Origin: an uncultured virus (IMG/VR IMGVR_UViG_3300033487_000001)
Taxonomy: Duplodnaviria > Heunggongvirae > Uroviricota > Caudoviricetes
Reading direction: 5' to 3' (one strand)
Virus record (IMG/VR): IMGVR_UViG_3300033487_000001
DNA: 64,000 nt
Shown here: piece by piece, positions 19,544 to 29,204 of the stretch
Layout of the letters: every line of letters begins with the position of its first letter
How positions within the stretch are numbered: the stretch's first letter is position 1
Position numbers and translations under genes: made by a program
Notes under the pieces: model-generated
The model's database searches: none
The model's input: the letters and a program-made list of their open reading frames with translations, nothing else
What the model was told of the DNA's origin: nothing

Positions 19544-19884
19544 AGCGCACCCGTGAGCATCGAGGTGACGCCGTCGTACTCGGCGACGCGCTTCGAGCGT
19601 TCCGCGAGGAACGCGTCGACGGCGTTCTTGACGGCGGATTGAATGTCGTCGCCGGTGCCGCGAGCGATCTCGTTGCTCTCCGGGCTCATGACCATTTGGT
19701 AGTCACCGGAGCCGATGTACAGGCTGGCGACGAACCTTGGTCCGTCGCCTTCTGCGGGCTCGTCACTGTCTCTGCCGTGCATGGCACAGCAGACGGACAC
19801 GCCCACGGGGTACAGGCCGCGGGAAGCCGGATGCGCGGCCAGCGCCCGCGCCACGTTCTTCATGAGTTCTTCGGTGGTCTTCAT
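19540..19884 (-). CDS. Hypothetical protein
   Basis: SD-preceded ATG (MKTTEELM); start-stop overlaps at both ends. Confidence 0.6.
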   Translation of the reverse strand: MKTTEELMKNVARALAAHPASRGLYPVGVSVCCAMHGRDSDEPAEGDGPRFVASLYIGSGDYQMVMSPESNEIARGTGDDIQSAVKNAVDAFLAERSKRVAEYDGVTSMLTGAL

Positions 19885-20186
19885 TGATTCTCCTTCGTAG
19901 GTTGGTCGGATATCACTCGCCTCAGCCGACGCTCTAGTCCGGACAGCATCAGCTCCTCGATCCGGCGAGCATCTTTGATCGCTTGCCGTCGGTACAGCTC
20001 TGCAATAACCGCCGCCAAGACCGACATGATTCCGAGCAGCAAGTACATATTGCGCGGGCCCCTCGGCATCTCGTGTGCGTAGGCCTCGGCGAACATGTAT
20101 GCCGCGGAGATCGCCATCGCGCCGATGGCCGTGCCATATCGCGCGGCGGCCCGCGTGCAATGTGTGATGGGCGTGTCCTGGCTCAT
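19881..20186 (-). CDS. Small protein with two predicted TM segments
   Basis: 'GTAIGAMAISAAYMFA' and 'MYLLLGIMSVLAAVIA' hydrophobic stretches. Confidence 0.55.
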   Translation of the reverse strand: MSQDTPITHCTRAAARYGTAIGAMAISAAYMFAEAYAHEMPRGPRNMYLLLGIMSVLAAVIAELYRRQAIKDARRIEELMLSGLERRLRRVISDQPTKENQ

Positions 20187-20486
20187 GGGAATTCGCCGGT
20201 CTGATCTTTGTTTTTGGTCGCTTCTAGTTCCATCAATACCTTTCCTTCGAGAGCGAGCGAGCGATGCGGCCGATCTCGATGTGGTAGCGGTACATCGTCT
20301 CCGCCACCACGCCGCACTTGCGGCCGTCCGACGTGCGCCACTCCGTGCCCATCGGCGCGGCATCGAGCGCCTTGCGCCGCTCCTCCCATTCGAGCGGATC
20401 TGAGCGGGTCCCGTCCGGATACACGAGTACGTAGGTGCGTGCCATGGTGCCTCCGGTTAGTGCGACGGGGCCGATCGGCGAGTTAT

Positions 20487-21518
20487 TCATCCGACCGTCA
20501 TTTCCGAGACCCGGGCCTGCACGTCGTCGCCCATCAGGGCCAGGTACACCAGCCGCGCCCGGTGGGCGTCGCTGAGGGCCGAGTGGGCGCCGATGTTCGG
20601 GATGCCGTAGTAGTCGCACACGTCGGTAAGCTTCGCACCGCTGGTCTTACCGGGCTTCTTGAGGACGCGGCGCGCCGACGGCAGCGGATCGATGCAGGAC
20701 GCCGCCCAGCCGGGCTTCGGCAGTCCCAGTCGCTCGCACTCCGCCGCGATCATCCCGCGGTCGAAAGTGTGGTTGTAGGCTCCCATGGTGAAGCCGGTCG
20801 GCAGCCACTCCAGCAGCTGACGAAACACGACGTTCGACGGTCTGGCGTCGCGCCAGCGGTGCTCCGTGTAGCCGTTGACCCGCAGCGCCTCCGGCTCCAC
20901 GACCATCCACGGCTCCAGCGGGATGCGCGCCTCGAACGTGTCGAGGACACGCTTGTGGGCGCCGTCGGTGCGCACGCACCCGATCTCGATGACGCCGTTC
21001 ACGCCCGGCGTACGGCCGGTCGTCTCCGTGTCGATCCAGACCACCGGTCGCTCGCCCGGCGGACGCGCGTGCGTGTACGACAGGTGCCGCAGCCGCAGGC
21101 CCGCCGCGTGGGCCCGCGCCACCGTGTACTGGTCTCCGTCGGAGTTGGACGACGGGTCCGACAGCACGACGACCGAGACGTCCCAGCCGAGTTCCTTGGC
21201 CTTCGACGCGCCGCGCATGACCGCGATCTTGCGCGATCTCGACGGAGACTCGCCCGGTGTGGGCTCCCATCGCCCCGTCGGGGCTCCGCCGACCCAGCGG
21301 TTACCGTCGCGCCGGTACTCGGTCAGCGTGAGCCCCAGCGACGCGCTCATGTCGCGCAGCCACGTCTCGGGCCCGTCCCCGCCCCCGGACAGCACGTGCG
21401 AGCCGGTTGGCAGCGAGGCCAGCTCCAGCCGCGTCGCCTCGCGGGTCCACGCCGCCGCGTCGGGATCGTCGGCCAGGCTGCGCGAGGCCGCAAACACCAG
21501 CAGTTTTTTCGCGGTCAA
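20487..21518 (-). CDS. DEDDh 3'-5' exonuclease (DnaQ-like) with N-terminal SLOG/YspA-like domain
   Basis: 'WIDTETTG', 'AYNHTFDRGMI', 'AHSALSDA'; N-terminal 'LLVFAASRS...VLSGGGDGPE...SNSDGDQYTVARAHAAGL'. Confidence 0.8.
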   Translation of the reverse strand: MTAKKLLVFAASRSLADDPDAAAWTREATRLELASLPTGSHVLSGGGDGPETWLRDMSASLGLTLTEYRRDGNRWVGGAPTGRWEPTPGESPSRSRKIAVMRGASKAKELGWDVSVVVLSDPSSNSDGDQYTVARAHAAGLRLRHLSYTHARPPGERPVVWIDTETTGRTPGVNGVIEIGCVRTDGAHKRVLDTFEARIPLEPWMVVEPEALRVNGYTEHRWRDARPSNVVFRQLLEWLPTGFTMGAYNHTFDRGMIAAECERLGLPKPGWAASCIDPLPSARRVLKKPGKTSGAKLTDVCDYYGIPNIGAHSALSDAHRARLVYLALMGDDVQARVSEMTVG

Positions 21519-21901
21519 AGTTCACTCCTGTTCGCATTGCCATGCGCCGCGCGATCGAGTTCCGCCAGCGCGGCGTCGACGTTTTCTTCCCAGGTCAGCT
21601 TGTTGCGGTAACGGTAAGCCGTAGCGATGCCGCCGATGCCCGCGACGCGCTCCAGCCACGGCTTCTGTCCTTTCTGCCATGGCGCCGTATCGCTCTTGAT
21701 CTCGAACGACAAGAAGCGAGCCTTGCCGTCGAGGGTGACGCCCAGGATGTCAGACATGCCCGCCGTGCCCACGCTGATGGTGCCGCGCTTGCCCATGAAC
21801 GCCATGCCGGAGTTGTTGCGCCATACCAGATAGCGCCCCGATTCGCTGAGTTTTACCAGGATATCTTTGACGAAGTCGGTCTCGTCGCGTCCGTCGATCA
21901 T
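21515..21901 (-). CDS. VRR-NUC family nuclease (Holliday-junction resolvase-like)
   Basis: 'WRNNSG...GMSDILG...FLSFEIKS...QKPWLERV...GG'. Confidence 0.85.
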   Translation of the reverse strand: MIDGRDETDFVKDILVKLSESGRYLVWRNNSGMAFMGKRGTISVGTAGMSDILGVTLDGKARFLSFEIKSDTAPWQKGQKPWLERVAGIGGIATAYRYRNKLTWEENVDAALAELDRAAHGNANRSEL

Positions 21902-22824
21902 CCACAGGTGTCTAGCACGATCTGCTCGACCTGAGTAGGTGACAGCCCGCTGCCGCGCACGCGCGGACTGCCGCCGATCGTGTTGCCGCCGCCCCACCGA
22001 TCGTCGGCGCACTGCTCGGCGGCGTTGAGCGCCGCGAGGATTCCCGGCACGTCGAACGGCACGAACGGCGAGGTGCGTCCCACCGAGTACGTCCAGCGCC
22101 CGTCCCCCCGCTCGCGTGCGGCCACGAACGCCGCGTGGCCGTCGGCGAACATGCCGGTGCGGGCCTGCGCGCCGATCTCCCGCGTCATGATCCAGCCGCG
22201 ACCGCCGCCGATGCGCTCGTAGCGCGTGTCCAGCGGCATCCGCTCCCCCCCGTCGCCCGCGACGTGCGTCATGATCCGGTCGCACACGGCGTCGATGACG
22301 CCGGTAAACACGTCGACGTTACGCGAGTCCAGGGCGCCCGACAGGCGCGCCAGCCGGTACGGCTGGAACACCCACGCCAGCTGCTCCAGCGCCGGCATGT
22401 CCGGCGGAAACGGATAGGCTCCCGCTGTGCAGTCCAGCGCGTCCTCCAGATAGACCAGGCGGTTCAGGCGCGGGTTGGAGTGTCCGCGCACCATGTGGTG
22501 GTGCTTGAGCAGGAACCACGACGCGCACACGTCCTCGTCGCAGTCGTTGACGTAGGCGTGGACGCGCGGCCCGTCGGCGTCACGGAAGCACGCGAACAGG
22601 CCTTGGCGGATCGCCATCAGCACCTGTCCGCAGGTCGCGCGGGTGGCGAGCCGGTCGACCTCCTCGTGGTGGTTGAAGTTGGCGTGCGGCCCGCTCTCGT
22701 CGCCCGAGAACCGCGGCCCGGCGCTGACGTATCCGTCCAGCGCGATCGAGTAGGGGGAGTGCGAACGCAGGAATGTGTCCCACGGCACCGGAACGACGGT
22801 CGGCTCGACGTGCAGCTTGATCAC
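21898..22824 (-). CDS. DHH-like phosphoesterase-related protein
   Basis: 'IALDG', 'NFNHHE', 'YVNDCDED', C-terminal 'WGGGNTIGGSPR'. Confidence 0.5.
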   Translation of the reverse strand: MIKLHVEPTVVPVPWDTFLRSHSPYSIALDGYVSAGPRFSGDESGPHANFNHHEEVDRLATRATCGQVLMAIRQGLFACFRDADGPRVHAYVNDCDEDVCASWFLLKHHHMVRGHSNPRLNRLVYLEDALDCTAGAYPFPPDMPALEQLAWVFQPYRLARLSGALDSRNVDVFTGVIDAVCDRIMTHVAGDGGERMPLDTRYERIGGGRGWIMTREIGAQARTGMFADGHAAFVAARERGDGRWTYSVGRTSPFVPFDVPGILAALNAAEQCADDRWGGGNTIGGSPRVRGSGLSPTQVEQIVLDTCG

Positions 22825-24095
22825 GGCGTCTGCTCCTTCGGCTGTGGCGCGCTTGCGGCTGCGACCAGCGCCATGGCGCGCCCCACGATACAGTCAGGTT
22901 CGTGCGGCGAGCGGGGCGATTCGCCGCAGTACTGGCACCAAGCTCGCCCCCACGAGTCGGGCCGGTACGGGTCGCGCGTCGCGAGCTCGCGGATGATCGA
23001 CATCGCGTCGCTGCTCATCGCGGCCCGCACACGCAGCGCACGAGCTGCCCGGTGGCCACCTGCGTCACGTCGACGCGCGCGCCGGGCGCGCAATCGACCC
23101 AGGCGAGGCCCGCGAGGTTCACGAGTGCCACACTTTCCACGCAGGGCTTCGGCGGAATCGGCGGCTCCGGCGGTCGCGGAGATGGCGGCGCATTACATGC
23201 GCGCACCGCAGCTGTGACTGCGCCACAAAACAGCGCGAGCGACAGCGCGCTGGCCGTGATCCAGCGCGCGATCCGCGCTACCGCCCGCGCCCTGTCACCC
23301 CAAGTCTCGACACGTTCCATGCTAGCCGCCTCCCGGTACGCCATGTGCCTCTCTCCGTTCACGATCCGCGTGACGCTCTTCGCCGCGTCTCATCTCGATT
23401 ACGGCCGGTATTCACGCGGAACATCGAGCGCGTTCATCGTGGACCCAGACACCACACGGAACTCGGCGTCGAGATCCATGAAGTATACGGTCTTTGCCGC
23501 CTCCATCTCCTCTGCTTTCGAGAGGTCCGCCTCTGGCAACAGCGCGGTCTTGGCGTGCGGCATCGCGAAGACGAGCCAGCGGTTAGCCAAGTGGTCACCG
23601 TCGGTCCATATCGCCACCCACTCAGTGCCGTTCGATCCGATCAGGTCGACGATCAGCGGCCCATCGTATTCCACGACGTTGCGCACGTGCGTGAAAGGCA
23701 CGAACGGCAGCGCGTCGACTCGCGTACCGGGCATCGGCATCATGCGCAACTGCGTCACTTGGGCTCCGCGGGCGTCAGCTGCGCGAGCCGTTCCCCCAGC
23801 CGATCGGCGGACCGCTGGTAAGCCGCCAGCGCTCGCTTGACCATGTCGCGTGATGGCGCGTCCATCACCGGCGCCAGCTCGCCGTCGAACCATCCGAGGA
23901 TCGACAGAGTCTGCTGCGTGTTCACCAGCTCGTTCGCCAGTTTCGCCGGCAGGTCCGCTTCGCCTTTCGCACTGGGCGGACGAACGCGCGCGATCGCGGC
24001 GGTGGCCGCGTGGACAAGCAGGATGAACACGGTGTGTTCCAGCTGGTCCACCTGCGCGCGCAGGTTTTCGTGTTTCGTGTCGAGGTTATCGTCGC

Positions 24096-25124
24096 TCATG
24101 TTGCGGCTTCCTTGTTGTCGGTCGATTCCTGCGAGGCCAAGTACACCCGCACGGCGTTGTCGATGATGTCGCGCTGAAATCGCCGCACGCCGCACGGGGT
24201 GAGCCCCGCGCCCCGCAGCGCCCGCACGACCACCTCGCTTGTGCACCCCAGGCGTTTCGACGCCTCGCGTGGGCTCTCGGTCGTGGCGAGGCGGGCGCGG
24301 TACTCCGCCAGTACCTCGTCGTAGAACTCTGGCGCGTGCCAGAGCGGCGCGCCGTCGGGGCTTCGCCACGCACGGCCGGATCCGTCCAGGGCACGCCGCA
24401 TCTGCGCGATTGGAATTCCTAGGCGCGGCGCCGCCAGCGACATCGGTTCGCGTCGGCGGTATTCGGCGACAATGCGATCAACCTCTTCGGTCCGTAGCAT
24501 GCATCCGCGATTGTCTATTTTCACACCAGACCTGATCAGTTCATTGCGCAGCGCTTCGTAGCACATACCGACCCGCAGCGCTGCTTCGCTGAGGCGCTCG
24601 TAGCCTTTTGGCGCCAGAGACCCGCGCGCCATCGCCTTGACCCGTGGCCACTCGCGCCATGCCGCGTCGAACTTCTCGGGCGGCAAACGCTGGTTTGACC
24701 TGAGCTTTTTGCCGAGTTTTCTCAGGCAGATGCACAGCGTTGCCCTGCGGACGCCGAGCCGCGCGGCGGCCTCGGTGGCCGTCTCGTATGCCATCCATGC
24801 GACCGCCGCGTGTTCGATCGTGTCGCGATCGAACAGTCGCTGGCGCCTCTCGCTGGCCCGGTGATATTTCGTCAGCACCGGCACCAGGGAGGCATTCGCG
24901 GCGATACGTCTGGTCGTTTCTTCGCACAGACCGAGGCGCTCGGATGCCTGCTTGACCGTCTCCATCCCCTGTCGCATCTCGCGCAGCAGTCCGATCTTGG
25001 ATGCGCGTTTCCAGACGGAGTGCGGGGTTCGACCCAGCCGCTCGGCGACGTACTGTAGCGTGTGGTCCGGCAGCGCGCCGCGGAGATATGCCAGGTCCTG
25101 TGGTGTCCAGCGTGGGTGTCCCAT
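24096..25124 (-). CDS. Protein with multiple tandem HTH-like repeats
   Basis: Repeated 'vAERLGRT', 'ASERLGL', 'AAARLGV', 'AALRVGM', 'AAPRLGI', 'ASKRLGC'. Confidence 0.7.
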   Translation of the reverse strand: MGHPRWTPQDLAYLRGALPDHTLQYVAERLGRTPHSVWKRASKIGLLREMRQGMETVKQASERLGLCEETTRRIAANASLVPVLTKYHRASERRQRLFDRDTIEHAAVAWMAYETATEAAARLGVRRATLCICLRKLGKKLRSNQRLPPEKFDAAWREWPRVKAMARGSLAPKGYERLSEAALRVGMCYEALRNELIRSGVKIDNRGCMLRTEEVDRIVAEYRRREPMSLAAPRLGIPIAQMRRALDGSGRAWRSPDGAPLWHAPEFYDEVLAEYRARLATTESPREASKRLGCTSEVVVRALRGAGLTPCGVRRFQRDIIDNAVRVYLASQESTDNKEAAT

Positions 25125-25988
25125 GTCGTTTTACTCCAGCAGCTTCGGGCTCCAGCCCCGCGTCTCGGCGAGCGCCAGGGCCACGGGGTCATCCATGATT
25201 TGTCTGATCACGCGCACGATCCTGACGATCTTCTCCTCGGCGATGTCCTCGTCCTCCCACGCCGTGGGCAGCATGTCTTCGCAGGCCTTGACGAGCCACT
25301 TGGGCAGCCAGTCGCACGTGCCCTCGTCGAAGTCTTCGATGCCCATCGGGCCGCGCTCGATCCTCTCGCCGACCTCGCGAGCGACGCGGGTCCAGGCCGA
25401 CGGCATGACCGTACCCCCGAACAGATCCAGCGTGGGCCAGTGGGTGTCCAACAGCTCCGAGTACCTCAGTCTCCGGTCGCAGATCTCGCGCGTGGGACAG
25501 GACGGCACCGGCTGATCGCAGACGCGCGTGTACACGGCAAACCCACATCGATAGCAGCCGCGGATCTTGGTGAGGCCGATGTCGTCGCTCATATGCCCAC
25601 GACGACGCCGCGCGCCCGCAGCGTTCGGAGCGCGCGACGGATCGCCGCCACGCAGAGCATGCACGTGCCGGCGCGGTGCGGCTGGTCGATCCGTTTCGTG
25701 GAGCCGTCGCTCATGCGCGCGTAGACGGCGAATCCGTCGCCGCAGCACTCGCACACGCCGTATCCGTGGAACCTGTCCGGTACGGGTCCAATGCGCACGC
25801 GGTGTGGCGGCGTGCGGTCCGTGGTGCCAGCTACGAACAGATCATGGCGGCGTGTCAGCTCGGCCGCAAACTTCCTTTTGGTTTCCTGGGAGCAGCGCGA
25901 TTGATTGGCCTGCGGCTGTCCGTTCTTGTAGACGAAGACCAAGCCTTCTTGGGACAGTGACGCGGCGCTGACTGGGGTGGGGTCCATG

Positions 25989-28865
25989 TCAAAGTTCGAC
26001 GACGTCTTCGTCGAAGAATTCAGTCGGCGCCTCTCCCGAGGCGGAGACCTTCGGCGCGCCCGCTGGCGCCGGCGGCGTCCCCGCAGCGTCCACGCGCAGC
26101 TGTACAGATTCGGGCGTCTCGTCAAACAACGTCGAGAACTTATCGCGCGCCCAACCCGGCTCTGCGTTGATGCGGAACTCGACCTCTCTCAGCTTGCGCC
26201 ACTCCTGTAGCCTTCTGTGGTCGTCCCACTTGCTTTGTGGCCTATCCGGGAACTCGTACGTTTTGGGTGGCCACTCTCCGTACTTTTCCTTCCACTGCAT
26301 CTTGGCCCACCCCGGCTTGTAGCCGCGGTTGATCGCGGTGCGGCACAGGTCGAACCAGTACGCCTGTCGCTCGTCGACAGGTTTTGGGTCTCGGCGCACT
26401 TTGGCCAGCTTGCCGTCGACGTTTTCGATCTTGCGCTCGTCCTGGTCGGCCGGCTTCGCCGTCCAGACGTGGGTACACGGCACGCCCTTGATGTTTCCCG
26501 TGCACTTGGTCACCATGGACCTGACGATCGCGAAGCACTTCGGGCAGGTCTTGGTGGTGACGGCGCGCTTGGGCGGCGAGTCCAGCTTCCAGTCGCGATC
26601 GTCGTCGGGCATGCCGTGGACGTGGACGTTGCCGGCGTGGTCCAGGATGAGACACGGCTGGCCGTGGTACGGCCGCATGATCCGTCCACAGCTCTGCAGG
26701 AACACGGTGATGCTGAGCGTCTTGCGCGCGAGTATCCCCACCCGCACGCACGGCATGTCCAACCCCTCGATCGCGATGTCGACCGAGCAGAGCACGCGGA
26801 TCTCGCCAGACTCCAGCGCCGCGAACTGGGCGGCACGCTCCTCGTCGCCCATGGTTCCGTCGACGTGGCCGGCTGGTATGCCGCGGTCCAGAAACAGCTG
26901 CCGGATCTCCTTGCTGTGCTTTACGTCGACCGCGAACAGCAGCGCGGGCAGGTTCTGCCCGTACTCGACGTAGTGGTCGACGATCGACCCCATCAGCACT
27001 TGGTTGCACGACACCTCGGAGAGCTGCGCGCGGTTGTAGTCGCCGGTGCCGCTGTCGGTTTTCACCTTGGAGGTGTCGGGCAACAGGTCGTCCGGTACCG
27101 TGTACACCTCGGGCGCCATGATGAATCCGCGCTGCACCAGCACGCTGGGTTTTTCGACGTTGTACAGGTGGTCGAAGACGCCTCTGAGCCCGCGTTTGCC
27201 ACGCACCGGCGTGGCCGTGAGCCCTACGACGTAGGCGTTAGGGTACCAGGACAGGATCTGCGACGTGGTGTCGTTCCCGGCGCGATGGCACTCGTCGACG
27301 ATGACGATGTCCGCGTTCGGCGGCGTCTGGTTGATGAGCGTCTGCACGCTGGCGATCTGAATTGGCGCGTCGGGTCGGTAGCGCTTGTCGCCGGAGCGGA
27401 TGATGGAAAGCTGTGTTTTTGGTACGCCGGCCCAGGCGAGCGTGTCGTATGCTTGCGACAGCAGCTCGCGCCGGTGCGCCAAGAACACTATTTTCTTGGA
27501 CTTGGAGCAAGCCCTGGTCATCATAAGCGAGGCAATTGCGGTATTGTGATTGGCGATACCGTTGGCCACGAACGCGTGACCCTCCGGCACCTCCATGTCC
27601 AGTCGACGCACCCGGGACGCCTCAAGAGACTTGACCGGAGACCATAGATAACGCTCGCCGAGTATCCTGTTAGCCTCGTTTACGGCCTCCTTGTTACGCG
27701 AGGCAGCGGCCATATTCGATAAGAAATCATAGCTAGGATTCTGACCGCGAGACAGAAACCTTTCGAGGTTAAATTGTTTTTGTTTTTTTGTGCTTTCGTC
27801 GCGCAGTCTTCGGAGAAGCGGTGCAGCACCCGGAACAATGTCCGTGTTGGTGTTGCGCGGGACAGCGAGCAGCTCGTCGTATCTGAGATCTTTCAGCAGT
27901 CCGTATCGCGTTATGCCAATGTGTTTAGCGAATGCGTCCAGATCGCCTATGAGTATTTGGTGTGACGGTAGGTGCGTAGTCTTCTTTACGCGCCTGTACG
28001 CGTATATGCCCAGCCCTGTCAGTAGCTGGTGTACCTGATCAGCCAGCAGGCTGCTGGCAGTAGCCACGCACACGTTTTTGTCGCACCAGCCATCTCCGTC
28101 AAAGTATCCTCTCAGATACGCGCACACTGTTTCTCTGGTGCCAAGCATGACCGATCTGGGGATGGTTCGGTGCTCCGAGTACGCGCATTCGTAACCAAAC
28201 GAGTCGTGCAGCCATGTCTTGAATCCCTGCGAGTGGGCAGACAAAATATCGTGCCTAGGAGACTTGTTGACGATGGCAACGGTTCCTCTTCCGCCTGACG
28301 CGAGCCCCCACCTGGATATCACGGGAGACACGCGCTGTAGCACCGGGAGCTGTTTGTCGATGCGCAGCGACTGCGTGCCATTGCCTCGTGAAACGCACCC
28401 GTCGGCCGTCATTATCCCGAGCGTATACGCGTCTTCTGGATCAAGTGAAATGTCGCCAAAATCGGCGCGACCTCTGGACACGCCGACATACGTGCCGGTG
28501 GCCAGCTGATCCATTCTTGTCCATGATTCAACGCCGTCCGCAGACCGCGTCCAGACGCGATGGTTGTTTGTGCCGTCTATTTCCAGACCGCAGCGGAGCG
28601 TGGCCTTGATTCCGACCCTTTCGCCGTCGTCGTACCATCCTGACACATGTTTTTCGCCGGACGGCGTAGCGACTCTGTCGCGCCCCCAGCTGTCCTTGAT
28701 TGTACGTAGTCCACCGCTCCACACGTACGATGTTTCAGCCACGCACTTGCCAGCACCTGTAGCCGCTACCGCTACAATTCTCCTGTGCTGCGGCAGCAGC
28801 ACACCCAGTTCACCCACAGCGCGAAGCTGGTAGTCGCGCGGCTCGAACGATCCGCTCTTGGTCAT
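25989..28865 (-). CDS. SF2 DEAD/DEAH-box helicase containing a LAGLIDADG intein
   Basis: 'AATGAGK|T' Walker A split by the intein, 'IVDECHR', 'GLTATP', 'EGLDMP', 'QSCGRIMR', 'ILDHAGN', CPKC zinc finger. Confidence 0.92.
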   Translation of the reverse strand: MTKSGSFEPRDYQLRAVGELGVLLPQHRRIVAVAATGAGKCVAETSYVWSGGLRTIKDSWGRDRVATPSGEKHVSGWYDDGERVGIKATLRCGLEIDGTNNHRVWTRSADGVESWTRMDQLATGTYVGVSRGRADFGDISLDPEDAYTLGIMTADGCVSRGNGTQSLRIDKQLPVLQRVSPVISRWGLASGGRGTVAIVNKSPRHDILSAHSQGFKTWLHDSFGYECAYSEHRTIPRSVMLGTRETVCAYLRGYFDGDGWCDKNVCVATASSLLADQVHQLLTGLGIYAYRRVKKTTHLPSHQILIGDLDAFAKHIGITRYGLLKDLRYDELLAVPRNTNTDIVPGAAPLLRRLRDESTKKQKQFNLERFLSRGQNPSYDFLSNMAAASRNKEAVNEANRILGERYLWSPVKSLEASRVRRLDMEVPEGHAFVANGIANHNTAIASLMMTRACSKSKKIVFLAHRRELLSQAYDTLAWAGVPKTQLSIIRSGDKRYRPDAPIQIASVQTLINQTPPNADIVIVDECHRAGNDTTSQILSWYPNAYVVGLTATPVRGKRGLRGVFDHLYNVEKPSVLVQRGFIMAPEVYTVPDDLLPDTSKVKTDSGTGDYNRAQLSEVSCNQVLMGSIVDHYVEYGQNLPALLFAVDVKHSKEIRQLFLDRGIPAGHVDGTMGDEERAAQFAALESGEIRVLCSVDIAIEGLDMPCVRVGILARKTLSITVFLQSCGRIMRPYHGQPCLILDHAGNVHVHGMPDDDRDWKLDSPPKRAVTTKTCPKCFAIVRSMVTKCTGNIKGVPCTHVWTAKPADQDERKIENVDGKLAKVRRDPKPVDERQAYWFDLCRTAINRGYKPGWAKMQWKEKYGEWPPKTYEFPDRPQSKWDDHRRLQEWRKLREVEFRINAEPGWARDKFSTLFDETPESVQLRVDAAGTPPAPAGAPKVSASGEAPTEFFDEDVVEL
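27543..28745 (-). mobile_element. Intein (401 aa) with LAGLIDADG homing endonuclease
   Basis: Begins 'CVAETS' after GK, ends 'FVANGIANHN' before T; block B 'GTNNHRVW'; 'YTLGIMTADG' and 'YLRGYFDGDG'; visibly lower GC than flanks. Confidence 0.93.
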
Positions 28866-28875
28866 ACGACTCTCC

Positions 28876-29094
28876 TTATACGCTGCGCAGGATCTCGATC
28901 ACCGACACGATCGCCAGCCAGGCCCACACGGTGGCGAAGGCGATCCAGCACAGCTTGTGGAGCACCCATACCACGATGTAGGCCATCACGGATACGGCCG
29001 TGCGCAGATTGCGGCGCCGCCGCTCGGCGGCGAATGCGCGGGCGTTGGCGCGGTCAATCTGGGCGTCGATCTCTTGGAAATATGCTTGGTCCAT
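28876..29094 (-). CDS. Small membrane protein
   Basis: GGAGG SD; hydrophobic C-terminal half. Confidence 0.6.
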   Translation of the reverse strand: MDQAYFQEIDAQIDRANARAFAAERRRRNLRTAVSVMAYIVVWVLHKLCWIAFATVWAWLAIVSVIEILRSV

Positions 29095-29168
29095 GTTGTC
29101 CTCCGGGCGAGTGACGGTGACCTACTGTCCGTTATTCATGCCATGCGCAGAGTGTTGACGCACAGGCT

Positions 29169-29197
29169 TTGACAACCGCACAACTCGGCTCTATCGT
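29169..29197 (+). promoter_or_regulatory. Sigma70-type promoter; probable leaderless start at 29205
   Basis: TTGACA (29169-29174), 17 nt, TATCGT (29192-29197), 7 nt, ATG. Confidence 0.65.
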
Positions 29198-29204
29198 CCC
29201 GGGC

